The position numbers and the translations under genes are program-made. Below are positions 63,425-64,000 of a DNA stretch of 64,000 bases, piece after piece. Source of the DNA: an uncultured Acidobacteriota bacterium (lineage in GTDB: Bacteria > Acidobacteriota > Vicinamibacteria > Vicinamibacterales > CAVVIG01). Location: NCBI GenBank assembly GCA_963718825.1, contig CAVQZZ010000001.1:237022-301021 (forward strand). Reading direction: 5' to 3'. The notes under the pieces are model-generated. The model saw nothing but the letters and a program-made list of their open reading frames with translations. It was not told where the DNA came from and made no database searches. Every line of letters starts with the position of its first letter. Position 1 is the first letter of the stretch.

Positions 63425-64000
63425 CGAGCGATGCGCGAAAACAGGTCGCGTGGGTCACGGGCGGGAGCCACGGCATCGGACGCGCCGTCGCAGCCGCGCT
63501 GGTTTCGGCGGGAATGGACGTCGTCATCTCGGCGCGCTCGGCCGAGGATATCGCGCGCGCGGCCAGCGATATCGCTGCTGGCGGCCACCAGATTCTTGGC
63601 CTGCGCTGTGATGTATCGGACGAGCGGCAGGTCACGGACGCGTTCCAGGCGGCGGTCGACCGGTTTCAGCGGATCGACGTCCTGATCAACAATGCCGGGT
63701 TTGCCGAGAGCTCGCCGTTCGTCCGCATTGATACGGCGGTGTGGGACAAGACCATCGCCGTGAATCTGACGGGCACCTTTCACTGCATCCGGGCCGTGCT
63801 GCCCGGGATGATCGAACGGCGACACGGCCGCATCATCAACGTCGCATCGTCGGCGGCTCGGATGGGTTTCGCGTATACAGCGGCCTACTGCGCCGCGAAA
63901 CATGGCGTCCTCGGACTCACGCGTTCGCTGGCGGTCGAAGTCGCCGGCAAAGGGATCACGGCTAACGCCGTTTGCCCTGGGTGGGTCGACACGCGCATGA
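63421..64000 (+). CDS. Short-chain dehydrogenase/reductase, runs off the window end (not in the ORF track)
   Basis: ATG 63421 (ATGA overlap): MTSDARKQVAWVTGGSHGIG...NNAG...NVAS...YCAAKHG...NAVCPGWVDT. Confidence 0.92.
   Translation, partial: MTSDARKQVAWVTGGSHGIGRAVAAALVSAGMDVVISARSAEDIARAASDIAAGGHQILGLRCDVSDERQVTDAFQAAVDRFQRIDVLINNAGFAESSPFVRIDTAVWDKTIAVNLTGTFHCIRAVLPGMIERRHGRIINVASSAARMGFAYTAAYCAAKHGVLGLTRSLAVEVAGKGITANAVCPGWVDTRM

Overview
A GC-rich (about two-thirds GC by eye), gene-dense bacterial window. Its gene content (Oar-type TonB receptors, DUF1592/DUF1552 cassettes, VPS10/BNR protein, many exported S9/M14/M20/M28 hydrolases) suggests Acidobacteriota, probably Vicinamibacteria; this is inference. 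About 25 single-base frameshifts, mostly +1, split 13 otherwise intact genes and look like long-read consensus errors. Left part: an NtrC-type regulator, histidine kinase and Pro-rich lipoprotein, followed by a consensus sigma-54 promoter and a structured ORF-less segment (candidate sRNA). Next come tandem NrdR boxes and nrdJ, then assorted enzymes (amidohydrolase, P450, cytochrome c-ankyrin-prenyltransferase-repeat fusion, amidase, gluQ, peptidases) punctuated by 7-mer and 9-mer repeat arrays. Right part (27.5-64 kb) is the best candidate for an undescribed system. It has two paralogous TonB-dependent receptors, two copies of a diheme DUF1592 + Tat DUF1552 (HxxSHH) + ankyrin-HxCxxC triad, and a sodium:solute symporter with an unannotated 38-aa partner. 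A tightly packed operon runs on to an NHL protein, 2-oxoacid dehydrogenase E1a/E1b/E2, an isatin-hydrolase-like cyclase, an atypical M14 protein and an SDR. Four copies of a palindrome (consensus ATnGTTTA-N4-TAAACnAT) lie on the promoters of these units, suggesting one regulon. No rRNA, tRNA, CRISPR array or transposase was seen.
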